A DNA stretch of 64,000 bases from an uncultured cyanobacterium (GCA_963793265.1 CAWBZI010000006.1:160001-224000), one strand, 5' to 3'. Positions 39,681-51,560 are shown, numbered from the stretch's first letter. Notes: generated by a model not told the origin, from the letters alone. Made by a program: numbers and translations.

Positions 39681-40298
39681 ATGTTTTCAGGTCAAGTTGA
39701 ATTTGAGCCGACGGGTAATTCTCAAGCAGAAGGCTATCCGGCGCTGATTTGTCAGATTAGCGATCGCCGCCACCTCCGCCCGCTCAAACCTGAAGATGCC
39801 AGCGAATTATTTGCCCTAGTAGACGCCAATCGCAGCTATTTGCGACAGTGGTTACCCTGGCTAGACAGCAACCAAACTATAGATGATTCGCTCAACTTCA
39901 TTCGCACCTGCCTCGATCAAGCACAGGCAAAAAATGAATTTGTTTCAGCCATTTACGATGACGCCGAGCTTGTAGGGTTAATTGGACTTCATGCCACTAA
40001 CTGGGCCAATCGCTCCAGTGTTATTGGCTACTGGCTAGCCGAGCCCCAACAAGGAAAAGGAATTATCACCTGCGCCTGCAAAGCTATCTTGAATTACGGA
40101 TTTACCACCCTAAATTTGAATCGGATTGAAATTGCCTGTGCTACCCAAAATTTTCGTAGCCAGGCAGTTGCCAAAAGACTCGGGATCACATACGAGGGCA
40201 CACTGCGAGATGCCGAATGGCTCTACGACCATTTTGTAGACCATCGCATCTATTCAATGCTTCAGCGCGAGTGGTTCTCTAACCAACCATCTGCTTAG
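39681..40298 (+). CDS. RimJ/RimL family N-acetyltransferase
   Basis: NRSYLRQWLPW, IGYWL....QGKGI, LNRIEIACA..N.RS and EGTLRDAEWL motifs. Confidence 0.88.
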   Translation: MFSGQVEFEPTGNSQAEGYPALICQISDRRHLRPLKPEDASELFALVDANRSYLRQWLPWLDSNQTIDDSLNFIRTCLDQAQAKNEFVSAIYDDAELVGLIGLHATNWANRSSVIGYWLAEPQQGKGIITCACKAILNYGFTTLNLNRIEIACATQNFRSQAVAKRLGITYEGTLRDAEWLYDHFVDHRIYSMLQREWFSNQPSA

Positions 40299-40689
40299 CC
40301 TGCTGAATCCAAGCGGCCACCTCAGCCACACCCGGCGCTAAATCAGCCCGATTAAAAAGCTGAATTTGCAGCCGCAATAGCTGAGGATGTAGCCGCTGCA
40401 CGCTCATAATCGATAGCTGCTGTGGCGTACTCACCCCCGAATGAAGCAGTAGCCCGCAGTGCTGAGTGCCCACCCCCGGAATGCGGGCCAAATTAGCCAG
40501 CGCCGCCCACTTATTAATGTACTTAATATTGGTGTGCAGCCTTTGAGAAAGTTGCTGTCGCGCCGCGACGCTATTGCCCTGACGCAGCAAGTCGAATGTC
40601 GTGGTAATACCCGCTGCCGTAAGCTGGTCTACTTGCGGTTGGGTTAATCCAGGGAGCTTAGCGATGGAATGATTAGCAGATTGGAGCAT
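40279..40689 (-). CDS. DUF4332 family HhH protein
   Basis: IAKLPGL...AGITTT.DLL, KWAALANLARIPGVG and WIQQAK motifs. Confidence 0.75.
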   Translation of the reverse strand: MLQSANHSIAKLPGLTQPQVDQLTAAGITTTFDLLRQGNSVAARQQLSQRLHTNIKYINKWAALANLARIPGVGTQHCGLLLHSGVSTPQQLSIMSVQRLHPQLLRLQIQLFNRADLAPGVAEVAAWIQQAKQMVG

Positions 40690-40880
40690 GGAGAGCGCGA
40701 TTAAAATTCAATAAAAAATAGATTAACTGTGCTTGTTTTGACGGCACGGTCGGGCACCATTTTTCTAACCTAGATGTCAGAAGCTAAATAGACGCTTAAA
40801 TAGATGCGTTCGAGTACGCGGCCCGAAACATTATGATCATCACGATAAAAGAAGCGATAGAAACATGTTACATTGGGGGC

Positions 40881-40954
40881 CGGGATGTAGCGCAGCTTGG
40901 TAGCGCGCCTGCTTTGGGAGCAGGATGTCGCAGGTTCGAATCCTGTCATCCCGA
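40881..40954 (+). tRNA. tRNA-Pro(TGG)
   Basis: CGGGATG acceptor stem pairs with CATCCCG; anticodon arm CCTGC-TTTGGGA-GCAGG; GGTTCGAATCC T-arm; CCA not encoded. Confidence 0.97.
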
Positions 40955-41124
40955 TTTTTTAGCGTATTTATTCATAGCTTTTTAGTAGCTATCGCCAGGC
41001 AGGTCAATTTATTAATTGTCCACGTTCGCTTGAGTGAAGTTCAGCGGCTCGCCCATTATTAACTTGTCAAAAAGACAACAATCTACATACTTACGTTATT
41101 TCAAACCTGCCACTAGGAGGATCT

Positions 41125-41928
41125 ATGAAATCTTTCATCGGCCATTCAATGGCCCGCCTATCCACTGCGAAAGCAGCCCAAACGACCGCCCAAAAGATAT
41201 TACAGACCCTCACCAAAACAGCAGCTATTAGTGTGCTCGGTGCTAGCCTTCTTGGCATCGGTATCGCCACAAACCCCGCGCTTGCTCTCACCACAGAGCA
41301 GGTCGGCGAAAAACTCGCTAGAGTACCTGTTTACGTTTTAGGTAGCGAAAACGGCTTAGTGCTAATCTCTGCGAATACCGAAGGCGAAGAGAGTAAGCCT
41401 CGCCTGCTGGTCTTTATGGCCGAGCAAGACGCAACCGCTTTTTTAGCCAGAGAGAACGCTAATAATCCTGAGTTTGCACCTGACGCAGAAGTTTCACTTA
41501 TTAGCCTCGAAGCTCTTTATCAAGAAACTCAGGCCAACGCCGAGCAAGATTTTAAGCTGGCCTACGTTCCTGAAGCAAGCGAAGTGACTCAGGCTGCTGA
41601 GGTGAATGACGAGTATCAAGGCGGCGTGCCTTTGTTCTATGCTCAGTTTGAAGATGGCTCGCTGGTGCCTGCCCCTCAAGAAAACGGTGAGCCAGTTTAT
41701 CCGATGTTCTTTTCTAGCGCAGATTTAGAAGCTCAGCTCGATAACCTAGCAGAGCAAAATCCTGAAGTTCGCGCGACCGTGAGCATCGGCGTACTACCGC
41801 TAGAAAACATGCTGCTAGAGATGCAGAATAACGACTACGAAACGCTTGAGCGCATTCAGCTACTGCCTGATTCGCAGACAATAGAGGCGATTCGGAGTAA
41901 TCCTGAAGCGCAGCCGCAGCCGCAGTAG
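41125..41928 (+). CDS. Tic22 family periplasmic protein
   Basis: Signal peptide ending ALAL, EKLARVPVY, YQGGVPLFY and PMFFS..DL motifs. Confidence 0.8.
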   Translation: MKSFIGHSMARLSTAKAAQTTAQKILQTLTKTAAISVLGASLLGIGIATNPALALTTEQVGEKLARVPVYVLGSENGLVLISANTEGEESKPRLLVFMAEQDATAFLARENANNPEFAPDAEVSLISLEALYQETQANAEQDFKLAYVPEASEVTQAAEVNDEYQGGVPLFYAQFEDGSLVPAPQENGEPVYPMFFSSADLEAQLDNLAEQNPEVRATVSIGVLPLENMLLEMQNNDYETLERIQLLPDSQTIEAIRSNPEAQPQPQ

Positions 41929-42018
41929 TAGGCGATCGCAACAATCCAATTTACCCCTCCCCTTAGCGAACAGCTCTCAAGCCAATTGCTAGGGGGTTTT
42001 TGATATTCAATCTATTAA

Positions 42019-42759
42019 TCAACAGGCGTCTTTGCTGCCAAAGACAACCGCAATCGTTTTAAGAATGATTCTGATATCAAGCAAAAGCGACCAGTTCTCC
42101 TGATAGTCCATGTCCATGCGGACAATTTCTTCAAACTCTTTGATGCTAGAGCGACCGCTGGTTTGCCACCTGCCGGTCATACCGGGCTTTACAGCGAGTC
42201 GCTGCCAGTGGTGAGGCTTGTACAAAGCAACCTCATTTAATACGGGCGGGCGTGTGCCAACCAAACTCATTTCGCCTAAAAGCACGTTCAAAAACTGGGG
42301 CAGCTCGTCCAGACTGGTGCGTCGCAAAAACCTGCCTACCCGAGTCACTCGCGGATCGGCGACGTTCTTAAATATCAGACCGTTTGCTTCATTCTCTACA
42401 GTATGCTTTTGGGCATCGGCATCTGGCACCATAGAGCGAAACTTCCAGATGTAGAAGGGCTCGCCCTGATAGCCATAGCGTATCTGTCGGAAGAAAAGCG
42501 AACCTGGACTGTCGATTTGGATGGCGATCGCAATCGGCACAATCAAAATACTCACAATCACCAGGCCCACAACCGCGCCCAGAATATCCATAACGCGCTT
42601 TGCTTTGCTATTGACCGCCGTGCAGGGCACACCCCACTGAACTGTTTGGGCCGTACTCGCCACAGCAGCAGCCTTACTCGAACTATCAGACGGTGCAATA
42701 GTAGCTGTCGAGCCTTTGCTAGAGAATCTAGTAACCACGGCCTTACTGTTAGACTTCAT
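42019..42759 (-). CDS. Bacterial sugar transferase (priming glycosyltransferase)
   Basis: KRVMDILGA, KFRSM, DPRVTRVGRFLRRTSLDELPQ, GEMSLVGTRP and KPGMTG.WQ motifs. Confidence 0.92.
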   Translation of the reverse strand: MKSNSKAVVTRFSSKGSTATIAPSDSSSKAAAVASTAQTVQWGVPCTAVNSKAKRVMDILGAVVGLVIVSILIVPIAIAIQIDSPGSLFFRQIRYGYQGEPFYIWKFRSMVPDADAQKHTVENEANGLIFKNVADPRVTRVGRFLRRTSLDELPQFLNVLLGEMSLVGTRPPVLNEVALYKPHHWQRLAVKPGMTGRWQTSGRSSIKEFEEIVRMDMDYQENWSLLLDIRIILKTIAVVFGSKDAC

Positions 42760-43007
42760 ACGAATTTATTCAGGCGCTCTAGGCTCATTACTTAGAACTA
42801 ACAACATAATAAGGACACATGATTTGTAGTCGGTAGTTTCCCGGAGGGCATTCGTCTAATCTTTGAAATGTGCTTCGTTCGTGTGAAGCTAACAAGTAAA
42901 ATTGATGGAATGTCAGGACTCTCAAATAGGCTTGTTTAAGTAATTTTCCTGATATTGTCCGCAGATTAGAACGCTTATCCCCAAAAAGGTGCTGTCCGGG
43001 AAGTTAT

Positions 43008-44249
43008 TCAAGCGTTTTGCAATAAGAAATCGTAAAGTCGGTGAGCCAGGGCCAGCTTGCTACAGCTCTCTACACGAAGCTGCCTGTTGCCGGTAGCTAA
43101 TATCACAGCTTCATTCTGTGAGCTACCGAAGCCAGCGCCAGGTTTATCGATGGGATTAGCGACAATCGCATCTAGCTGCTTACGCTCAAGCTTGGCTTGA
43201 GCAGGGCCGATAATGTCACCCGTCTGGGCGGCAAAGCCAACGATAGTTTGCCCAACGGATTTACGAGCCGTAAGCTGCGCCACGATATCGGGTACAAACG
43301 CTAGCGGCAAGTGAGAAGGGAGTTCTTTTTTAGGCAGTTTGCCAGTTGTTGTTTGAGCCGGGCGCACGTCAGCGACAGCCGCGGCCATAATTACCCAGTC
43401 TGACTGCGGTAAATGAGTGAGCATCGCAGATTCCATCTCAGCAGCAGTGGCGATCACCACCTGTTGAATCTGCCCCGATATCGTCGCCGCCAGTTCTGAT
43501 GAGAGCGGGCCGTGTACCAAAGTAACGTCGGCCCCGCGATGCTGTGCGGCAGCGGCCAAAGCCAAGCCCATTCGCCCCGTTGATGGATTGCCAATGAAGC
43601 GAACAGAGTCTATGTACTCGTGTGTGCTGCCCGCGCTGATTAATAGCCGTTTGCCGCGCAAGTCCCGGCGACCTTCGGCGTGGAGCAATGAGGTGATGTG
43701 GCTGACAATTTCGACAGGTTCGGCCATGCGACCAGTACCCACGCGATCACACGCCAGCCGCCCCGAGCCTGGCCCTACCGAATGATAGCGATCGTCAGCA
43801 GCAAGCAGGTGCCAGTTACGCTGCACCGCCCTCTGCTGCCACATATCAGTATTCATTGCCGGAGCCAGCAGCACCGGACAAACCGAAGCTAGCACTGTAT
43901 TTGTGAGCAAGTTATCCGCTAGGCCATGCGCCAGCTTACCCAAGGTATTAGCTGTCAGTGGCGAGAGCACGAACACATCTGCCCATTCGCCCAGCTCTAT
44001 ATGCAGCGGACGGCCTTGAGAGGCTGACCAAAAGTCAGCATCGGTATGAACAGGCTGACGCGAAAGCGCCGCAAACGTCACCGCCGACACAAAGCTTTGG
44101 GCCTGCTCGGTCATAATCACCCGAACACTCACCCCAGACTTAGCCAGCGTAGAAACCACCTGACAAATTTTGTAAGCCGCTATGCCGCCCGTAACACCGA
44201 TCAGAACGTTCATCGAACCGTTTATCGAATCGTTCAATGGGTCGTTCAC
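43008..44249 (-). CDS. coaBC: Phosphopantothenoylcysteine decarboxylase/ligase
   Basis: GVTGGIAAYK, APAMNTDMW, LAC...GTGRMAEP, VRFIGNPSTGRMG, MAAAVAD and VGFAA motifs. The true start may be the ATG near 44213. Confidence 0.93.
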   Translation of the reverse strand: MNDPLNDSINGSMNVLIGVTGGIAAYKICQVVSTLAKSGVSVRVIMTEQAQSFVSAVTFAALSRQPVHTDADFWSASQGRPLHIELGEWADVFVLSPLTANTLGKLAHGLADNLLTNTVLASVCPVLLAPAMNTDMWQQRAVQRNWHLLAADDRYHSVGPGSGRLACDRVGTGRMAEPVEIVSHITSLLHAEGRRDLRGKRLLISAGSTHEYIDSVRFIGNPSTGRMGLALAAAAQHRGADVTLVHGPLSSELAATISGQIQQVVIATAAEMESAMLTHLPQSDWVIMAAAVADVRPAQTTTGKLPKKELPSHLPLAFVPDIVAQLTARKSVGQTIVGFAAQTGDIIGPAQAKLERKQLDAIVANPIDKPGAGFGSSQNEAVILATGNRQLRVESCSKLALAHRLYDFLLQNA

Positions 44250-44259
44250 TGGGCGTTAG

Positions 44260-44520
44260 CTACGATTCGTCAAAGGCTTCTAAGTCGAGGAGATGCATAT
44301 AGGGTTCTACCAGCTCAGAGCGCTGAAATGCGACTGCTCTTAAGCGGTGCCAGTCCTTCAAACCCTCAAAGGCACTGCTGTATTCGTCCTGCTCTAGCCG
44401 CTGGGCAAGCTGAGCAACATCTTCAGGCGTCATTTGAGCGATTTCTTGCGTAGGAATCCGCGTGGGCTCGGGCGTGATTTCAGAAACAGGCGGAGCCTGA
44501 CGGGGTTCTGCTGATTGCAT
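44260..44520 (-). CDS. DUF2555 family cyanobacterial protein
   Basis: VAQLAQRLEQDEY..AFEGLKDWH.LRAVAF...LVEPY.HLLD; position upstream of coaBC. Confidence 0.75.
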   Translation of the reverse strand: MQSAEPRQAPPVSEITPEPTRIPTQEIAQMTPEDVAQLAQRLEQDEYSSAFEGLKDWHRLRAVAFQRSELVEPYMHLLDLEAFDES

Positions 44521-44714
44521 AGCCGATTACCTACCTAGCAGTGACATATTTGACATAACAAATTAACTCAAGATAGCTGCTGACGCACACAACCTCTTTA
44601 TTAGCTAGTTTGCTATTGCTAAATTTTAGTGTAAAGGGCGCTGAGTGCGTCACTAACCAGTCATAAATTAAACGTTAAAGACTGATACAAATCTGAACGT
44701 TTCGTCCGGTTGTT

Positions 44715-45350
44715 TCAGAGGCGCTGGCAAAAGTCACTAGCAACGCTTAGCGCGTCTAGAGAAACCTCGTGGCCCATGTCAAATTCTTGATAGGTCACCG
44801 TTTGTCCCCGCTGTTTGAGCTGAGCCTTGGTGTCTAAGGCTTTGGCTAAAGGCACGACCGGATCTTGCCGACCATGAAGCACTAGGACAGGGCGGGGCGT
44901 CACAAAAGGAGGAATCGGCGCGTGGCTATAGCTGCTCAAAATTAGCATGGCGGCTAAAGGAAGCTGCGGCCCGATGTCTAAGGTCATTGCGCCACCTTGA
45001 GAAAAGCCGCCCATGATAGTTTTTTCGAGCGGGACGCCGGTTTTCTCAGGCAGCGATTCCATCCAGTTTTTGAGCAGCTTGCGGCTTTCTATCAGGTCGG
45101 CTTGCTGGGTAAAATCGTGCGGGCGTCGGAAGTCGTAGTTAGGCGGAAAGCCATACCACTGCTTACCGCCTGGAGCCATGGGGTGATCGAACGGCGCATC
45201 CGGGATCATGCCTTTAAAAGGAATGGCGACCATATTGATCGCTTCGATTAGGCCAGCGACATTTTGCGCGTTTGCGCCCCAGCCGTGGAGCAATACGATG
45301 AGCTGGTCTGAGTCTGATTTTGGCGAAAGAGAGATCGCTTGAAGGGACAA
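44715..45350 (-). CDS. Phospholipase/carboxylesterase
   Basis: LHGWGAN, GGFSQGGAM, HGRQDPVVP and MGHE motifs. Confidence 0.88.
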   Translation of the reverse strand: MSLQAISLSPKSDSDQLIVLLHGWGANAQNVAGLIEAINMVAIPFKGMIPDAPFDHPMAPGGKQWYGFPPNYDFRRPHDFTQQADLIESRKLLKNWMESLPEKTGVPLEKTIMGGFSQGGAMTLDIGPQLPLAAMLILSSYSHAPIPPFVTPRPVLVLHGRQDPVVPLAKALDTKAQLKQRGQTVTYQEFDMGHEVSLDALSVASDFCQRL

Positions 45351-45433
45351 AAAGCACCTGCCTTAATTTGAATTAGAGATCAACTTCATCATCATATATA
45401 GTTGTAAATCTGACCTTTTGAGTGGCTCTTTTC

Positions 45434-47002
45434 ATGTCTCGCCTTGCCCTGTTGAGCGTTTCTAATAAAGCTGGTTTGGTTGAACTAGCGCGATCGCTCC
45501 ACCAAGACCTGAATTTTGAACTCGTCAGCTCAGGCGGCACAGCCAAGGCCATCAGCGAAGCGGGCATTCCGGTTACCAAAGTTTCAGACTACACAGGCTC
45601 ACCCGAAATTTTAGGCGGCAGGGTAAAAACGCTACACCCCAAAGTTCACGGCGGTATTCTAGCCCGGCCTGACCAAGCTGCCGATCAAAAAGACCTAGCC
45701 AATAACGGCATTCGCCCGTTCGATTTAGTCGTTGTAAATCTGTACCCCTTTGAGCAAACAATCGCAAAGCCGGGCGTGAGCTTAGCCGATGCGATTGAAA
45801 ATATCGACATTGGTGGGCCAACGATGATCCGCTCAGCAGCTAAGAACCATAAGTACGTAACGGTGCTGTGTGACCCCAATCAGTATGACGATTACCTTGT
45901 AGTCGCCAAAGCGAATCAGGGCGTACCGCCAATGTCATTTAGAGCCTCTTGCGCGCAGCAGGCGTTTTGGCATACGGCGAACTATGACTGTGCGATCGCC
46001 CAATACCTCACCCAAACCCAAACGCTGGCAAACCAGCCTGACGAAGCCGCCGCCCTCCCTGCCCATTACGCGCTCAGCGGGCAGCTCAAGCAAACCCTGC
46101 GCTACGGCGAAAATCCGCATCAGGCCGCAGGCTGGTACCAAAGCGGCGCAGTGACAAACGGCTGGGCCGCAGCCGAACAGCTTCAGGGCAAAGCGCTTAG
46201 CTATAACAACCTCGTTGACTTAGAAGCCGCTCGCCGCATCATTGCCGAATTTCCTAGCGACGACAGGCCCGCCGCCGCCGTGCTCAAACACACCAATCCC
46301 TGTGGCGTCTCAATCGGTGACTCGCTCGCGGTGGCCTATCAGCAGGCTTTTGATGCCGATAATATTTCAGCGTTTGGCGGCATTGTGGCTCTCAATCGGC
46401 CTATTGACGAAGCGACGGCTCAAGCATTGACCGGCACATTTTTGGAATGCGTCGTGGCTCCCGGATGCGATGAGGCGGCAAAAGCAGTGCTGAGTAAAAA
46501 GAAGAATTTGCGGATTTTAGTGCTGTCGGACTTGATGAGTGGGCCGAAGCAAACGGTGCGGGCGATCGCAGGTGGATTTCTTAGCCAGGCTTCAGACGAT
46601 CTCCGCGAAGACCCAAGCCAGTGGACGATTCCAACCAAGCTCAAGCCGAGTGAAGCAGAGCTGACCGAAATGCTGTTCGCCTGGCGAGTGGTTAAACATG
46701 TAAAGTCGAACGCAATTTTAGTCGTGCGTGATAATACGACGCTTGGGGTCGGGGCTGGGCAGATGAACCGGGTTGGGTCAGTGAAAATTGCACTAGAGCA
46801 GGCGGGCGATCGCACCCAGGGCGCAACGCTAGCCAGCGACGGCTTCTTTCCCTTCGACGATTCAGTCAAAACCGCCGCCGCCGCAGGTATCAAGGCCATC
46901 GTTCAGCCCGGCGGCAGCATTCGAGACGAGGATTCCATCAAAGCCGCAGACGAGCTAGGCATCATGATGGCCTTTACCGGAACCCGCCACTTCCTACACT
47001 AA
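45434..47002 (+). CDS. purH: Bifunctional AICAR transformylase/IMP cyclohydrolase
   Basis: ALLSVSNK, GRVKTLHP, IDIGGP, LRYGENPHQ, KHTNPCG, ASDGFFPF and RHFLH motifs. Confidence 0.96.
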   Translation: MSRLALLSVSNKAGLVELARSLHQDLNFELVSSGGTAKAISEAGIPVTKVSDYTGSPEILGGRVKTLHPKVHGGILARPDQAADQKDLANNGIRPFDLVVVNLYPFEQTIAKPGVSLADAIENIDIGGPTMIRSAAKNHKYVTVLCDPNQYDDYLVVAKANQGVPPMSFRASCAQQAFWHTANYDCAIAQYLTQTQTLANQPDEAAALPAHYALSGQLKQTLRYGENPHQAAGWYQSGAVTNGWAAAEQLQGKALSYNNLVDLEAARRIIAEFPSDDRPAAAVLKHTNPCGVSIGDSLAVAYQQAFDADNISAFGGIVALNRPIDEATAQALTGTFLECVVAPGCDEAAKAVLSKKKNLRILVLSDLMSGPKQTVRAIAGGFLSQASDDLREDPSQWTIPTKLKPSEAELTEMLFAWRVVKHVKSNAILVVRDNTTLGVGAGQMNRVGSVKIALEQAGDRTQGATLASDGFFPFDDSVKTAAAAGIKAIVQPGGSIRDEDSIKAADELGIMMAFTGTRHFLH

Positions 47003-47026
47003 TTTCGGCTCACACTAATTTCGACC

Positions 47027-47725
47027 TTAATTGCGCGTCAGCCACTTCTGCCCGTTCAACCGCTGTAGCGTATACAGCACCATCAAACCCAGCGTAATCC
47101 GACGCTCGTCGCCCATAAACTGCTCAATAGTACTGGGCGTTGCGCCGTTCTCCGTTAGCGTAAAGACCTTTTGGCCTTTGATATCTTCTTCAATAAAGAC
47201 AACATTAAACTGACGTAGCCCCTCACCGGGTTCGTCCCACTTGCCCTGCACCTGCCAGTAGTCCTCAACATCGGTCATACCCATCACCTCAATCTTGCGC
47301 TTGGCAAACTCAAGGTTCAGATCATCAATGCCTTCTCCGGCCATCGCTTCTTTGAGACTGGGCAGATAGTGCTGCTCCATAAATTCGTTAAAGGGCTTGT
47401 CTTCTAACTTTGGCGGCTTTTCCTTTTTCTTCGCCGCAGGTTTTTTCTCGGCAGGCTTCTTTTCGGCCTTATCTTCTGAAGGCTTCGCCGCTGGTTTCTT
47501 CGCCTTATCAACGCCCGCTGTTTTACCGGCCGGTACATTGCCCGTTTTAGCCTTACTTTCAGCGCCTTCTTCTACCTTGGCAACCGGCTCGCCTGTCTTT
47601 TTATCTTCAGACTTCTCCAGCCCTTTAGCATCAGCATCCGGCTTCGCGGTTTCTGCCACCGTGTCTTCAGGCTTCGCGCCCTCGACGATATCTCTTTCGT
47701 TCTCGTCCGACTTGTTTTGTGCCAT
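47027..47725 (-). CDS. DUF2996 family protein (NdhV-like) with a long charged N-terminus
   Basis: KKEKPPKLEDKPFNEF...YLP.L and FMGDER.ITL.L....LQRLNGQKWL motifs. The DUF2996-NdhV link is from memory. Confidence 0.7.
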   Translation of the reverse strand: MAQNKSDENERDIVEGAKPEDTVAETAKPDADAKGLEKSEDKKTGEPVAKVEEGAESKAKTGNVPAGKTAGVDKAKKPAAKPSEDKAEKKPAEKKPAAKKKEKPPKLEDKPFNEFMEQHYLPSLKEAMAGEGIDDLNLEFAKRKIEVMGMTDVEDYWQVQGKWDEPGEGLRQFNVVFIEEDIKGQKVFTLTENGATPSTIEQFMGDERRITLGLMVLYTLQRLNGQKWLTRN

Positions 47726-47924
47726 TTAGCTAAGTGCCCTCTATATGCCCTTCAGTTTGCCTTAAAAAGGCGAAAGCGCAGTGCAGACGGCGATTTTAGC
47801 ATCGCGGCCCAACTGCGCCCCAATTATAGAAGTTTTAAGGTTGATTTTTTGTCTTCTATAGACTTAATTTCGCTTAGCCATCGTATAGAAGCGCCTCTAT
47901 CCAAGGGCTAATAGCAAAAGATCC

Positions 47925-48878
<954 letters not shown>

Positions 48879-48992
48879 TCACCTTTTCGTGCACTTAACA
48901 TAAGCATTCATCAATAGCGCTGAACCCATAAACCGCGACCTAAAGCCTCCACTAGGCTCTCATCTTTGTACGACAAGAGCCCTATCAACGAG

Positions 48993-50066
48993 CTAAGCCA
49001 TAGAACCAATCATCTGACGGCGAATTGTCGCTATATCTAAGCCGCCTTCAGCCACACCAATCGGCTTTTGACCAATCGCTTCCAAATCAGAATCTACCAT
49101 CAGCTTCACCAGGCTCTCAAAGTCCACTTCAGGCTCCCAGCCCAGCTCCTTTTTGGCCTTAGCCGGATCGCCAATCAGCAAATCGACTTCTGCCGGACGC
49201 AAATAGCGCTCATCAAAGGCAACGTAGTCGTGCCAATCTAAGCCCACGTAGTTAAAAGCAGTCGTCAAAAAGTCTTTAATCGAGTAGGTTTTACCCGTTG
49301 CAATTACATAGTCGCCAGGCTTGTCTTGCTGGAGCATTAGCCACATCGCCTTCACGTAGTCTTTGGCATAGCCCCAGTCGCGCTGAGAGTCGAGGTTGCC
49401 AAGATAGAGCTTCTTTTGATCGCCAGCAACGATGCGAGCGAGAGCCCGAGTGATTTTGCGCGTAACAAAGGTTTCGCCTCGGCGCGGAGACTCGTGGTTG
49501 AACAAGATGCCGTTGGTGGCAAACATGTCATAAGACTCGCGGTAGTTGATGGTTTGCCAGTGAGCATATACTTTGGCGCAAGAGTAAGGAGAGCGGGGAT
49601 AGAATGGCGTTTCTTCAGACTGCGGCACGTGCTGAACTTTGCCAAACATCTCAGAAGAGCCCGCCTGATAAAAGCGCACTTCGTTACCCGTGCGTTTTTG
49701 ATAGTCGCGAATGGCCTCCAATAGTCGCAATGCGCCCATCGCCACAGTATCTACGGTGTACTCAGGAGAGTCGAAGCTGACGCGAACGTGGGACTGAGCG
49801 CCCAGGTTGTACACTTCATGGGGCTCTACCTGCTCTAGAATGCGGCGCAGCATGGTGCCATCATTGAGATCGCCGTAGTGCAAAAAAAGCTTGGCATCGG
49901 GTGCGTGAGGATCGACATAGATATGATCGATCCGGTCGGTATTAAACGTAGAGGTGCGACGGATGATGCCGTGTACTTCGTAGCCTTTCTCTAGCAGTAG
50001 CTCCGCTAAATACGACCCGTCTTGTCCTGTAATACCGGTAATCAGTGCACGCTTCGATTGCGTCAT
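48993..50066 (-). CDS. gmd: GDP-mannose 4,6-dehydratase
   Basis: [33 protein letters not shown] and [17 protein letters not shown] motifs. Confidence 0.96.
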   Translation of the reverse strand: MTQSKRALITGITGQDGSYLAELLLEKGYEVHGIIRRTSTFNTDRIDHIYVDPHAPDAKLFLHYGDLNDGTMLRRILEQVEPHEVYNLGAQSHVRVSFDSPEYTVDTVAMGALRLLEAIRDYQKRTGNEVRFYQAGSSEMFGKVQHVPQSEETPFYPRSPYSCAKVYAHWQTINYRESYDMFATNGILFNHESPRRGETFVTRKITRALARIVAGDQKKLYLGNLDSQRDWGYAKDYVKAMWLMLQQDKPGDYVIATGKTYSIKDFLTTAFNYVGLDWHDYVAFDERYLRPAEVDLLIGDPAKAKKELGWEPEVDFESLVKLMVDSDLEAIGQKPIGVAEGGLDIATIRRQMIGSMA

Positions 50067-50458
50067 TACGTTAAATTCCTCTGCTAATAATATGTAGATG
50101 TAGCTCTAGGCGAAGGGCTCATCATTACTTTTAGGCGATCGCACACAAGGTCATCGCATGTTGGCGTATGGCTCGCAAATGAAGCGATCGCACACGTTGC
50201 CTACAGAATTCCCAAAAATGCCGACGAATCAAAAAAAGTTGATAGCACTCTGGCAGCTCACCATTTAAGTCGCCATAAAAGCGAACAGGGCCAGATTGCA
50301 ATCAGCTCTCAAACAAGTTCTGCTGTGATCTCGCACCTTATCTAAACACTACACAAAGGAGACAAAACGATCCGGCCAAACGCATCAAGAATGCGTGATG
50401 TATTTTAAAGAAGCGGTAGAATTTCCTTCATAAAGACCTCAGTTCGTCCTATTACTTT

Positions 50459-50770
50459 CTATGCTCTGCGATCGCGCTCAATATCATAAATTGCTTTCTC
50501 CCAGCACCACTGCTCAGGGCGACCAGGATTGCGAGCCTGCAAATCACTCACTAGCCGCTGTGCCACTGCCGCATTACCCCCGACCAGTCTTAAAAGCTGC
50601 TTGCGCGTATCTCTGGACACCCCGCGCGCGCGCGCTGGGCCTGAAGCACCTCGAATACTACCGCTCCGACCGCTTGCTTTAGGGAGTTGAATCGGCAATC
50701 GGTAGCCTGTGAGCCAGCTAGTAAGGGCCAGCAATAGGGCGATCGCAATCAGGATAGAGAAAAGAGACAT
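50459..50770 (-). CDS. Small membrane-anchored cyanobacterial hypothetical protein
   Basis: N-terminal TM segment; LLRLVGG...AQRL......P.R.E.W.WEKAIYDIERDR C-terminal motif. Confidence 0.65.
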   Translation of the reverse strand: MSLFSILIAIALLLALTSWLTGYRLPIQLPKASGRSGSIRGASGPARARGVSRDTRKQLLRLVGGNAAVAQRLVSDLQARNPGRPEQWCWEKAIYDIERDRRA

Positions 50771-50909
50771 AGCAGTAGTCTAGAGCAGCAAAAAGGCCAA
50801 AGGAAAAGCCGAAAGAAAGCCAGGGAAGACCACTAGACAGGGCTTTAGCGCAAAGGATGGATTCAACCTACCCCATTTCTCTCAAAATACGACGTTAGGA
50901 GCCACATCT

Positions 50910-51560
50910 GTGACCTATTCATCTCACGATCCATTTTCTACTACCCGAACCCAGGATGTCCTTAACTTTTGGTTCGGCAAACCGAACGAACCCAGATACG
51001 GTCACTATCGAAAAGTATGGTTCGTCAAAGACGCTGCCTTTGACCAGCAGATTAGAGAGCGTTTCTTGACTGACGTAGAAAAGGCGGCGAGTGGTCAATA
51101 CGATAGTTGGCAGGTTGAAGCGCCTGAAGTTGAAGGACGTAAAGTCGAGGGATTTGGTTCAATCGCTCTTTTACTCCTCCTCGATCAGTTTCCTCGCAAC
51201 CTATACCGGGGTAGCGCCCAAAGCTTTGCCACCGACCATAAAGCACTTAAAATCGCACAGCATCTTGTTAGCACAGGCGCAGACCATTCCCTGCCACCCG
51301 CTCACCGTTTCTTTGGGTACATTCCTTTCGAGCACAGCGAGCGGCTGAGCGATCAGAACCAGTGCGTCGAGCTGATGGGGCAACTCATTAAAGAATTTCC
51401 TGACCTCGATAACGGGCTTAAAGGCGGCTTAGACTACGCCATCCGGCACAGAGATGCGATTGAGCAGTTTGGCCGCTTTCCGCATCGCAACGAGATATTA
51501 GGTAGGCAGTCTACACCTGAAGAAATTGAGTTTCTAAAGCAGCCAGGGTCGCGGTTTTGA
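50910..51560 (+). CDS. DUF924 family protein
   Basis: VLNFWF, LLDQFPRNLYRG, PFEHSE and FGRFPHRNEILGR.ST.EE..FL motifs. Confidence 0.9.
   Translation: MTYSSHDPFSTTRTQDVLNFWFGKPNEPRYGHYRKVWFVKDAAFDQQIRERFLTDVEKAASGQYDSWQVEAPEVEGRKVEGFGSIALLLLLDQFPRNLYRGSAQSFATDHKALKIAQHLVSTGADHSLPPAHRFFGYIPFEHSERLSDQNQCVELMGQLIKEFPDLDNGLKGGLDYAIRHRDAIEQFGRFPHRNEILGRQSTPEEIEFLKQPGSRF

Noticed and set aside
40881..40954. tRNA-Pro as an integration site for the accessory block
   Set aside because: No duplicated tRNA 3' end or integrase was seen, and the accessory genes lie on the 5' side of the tRNA.
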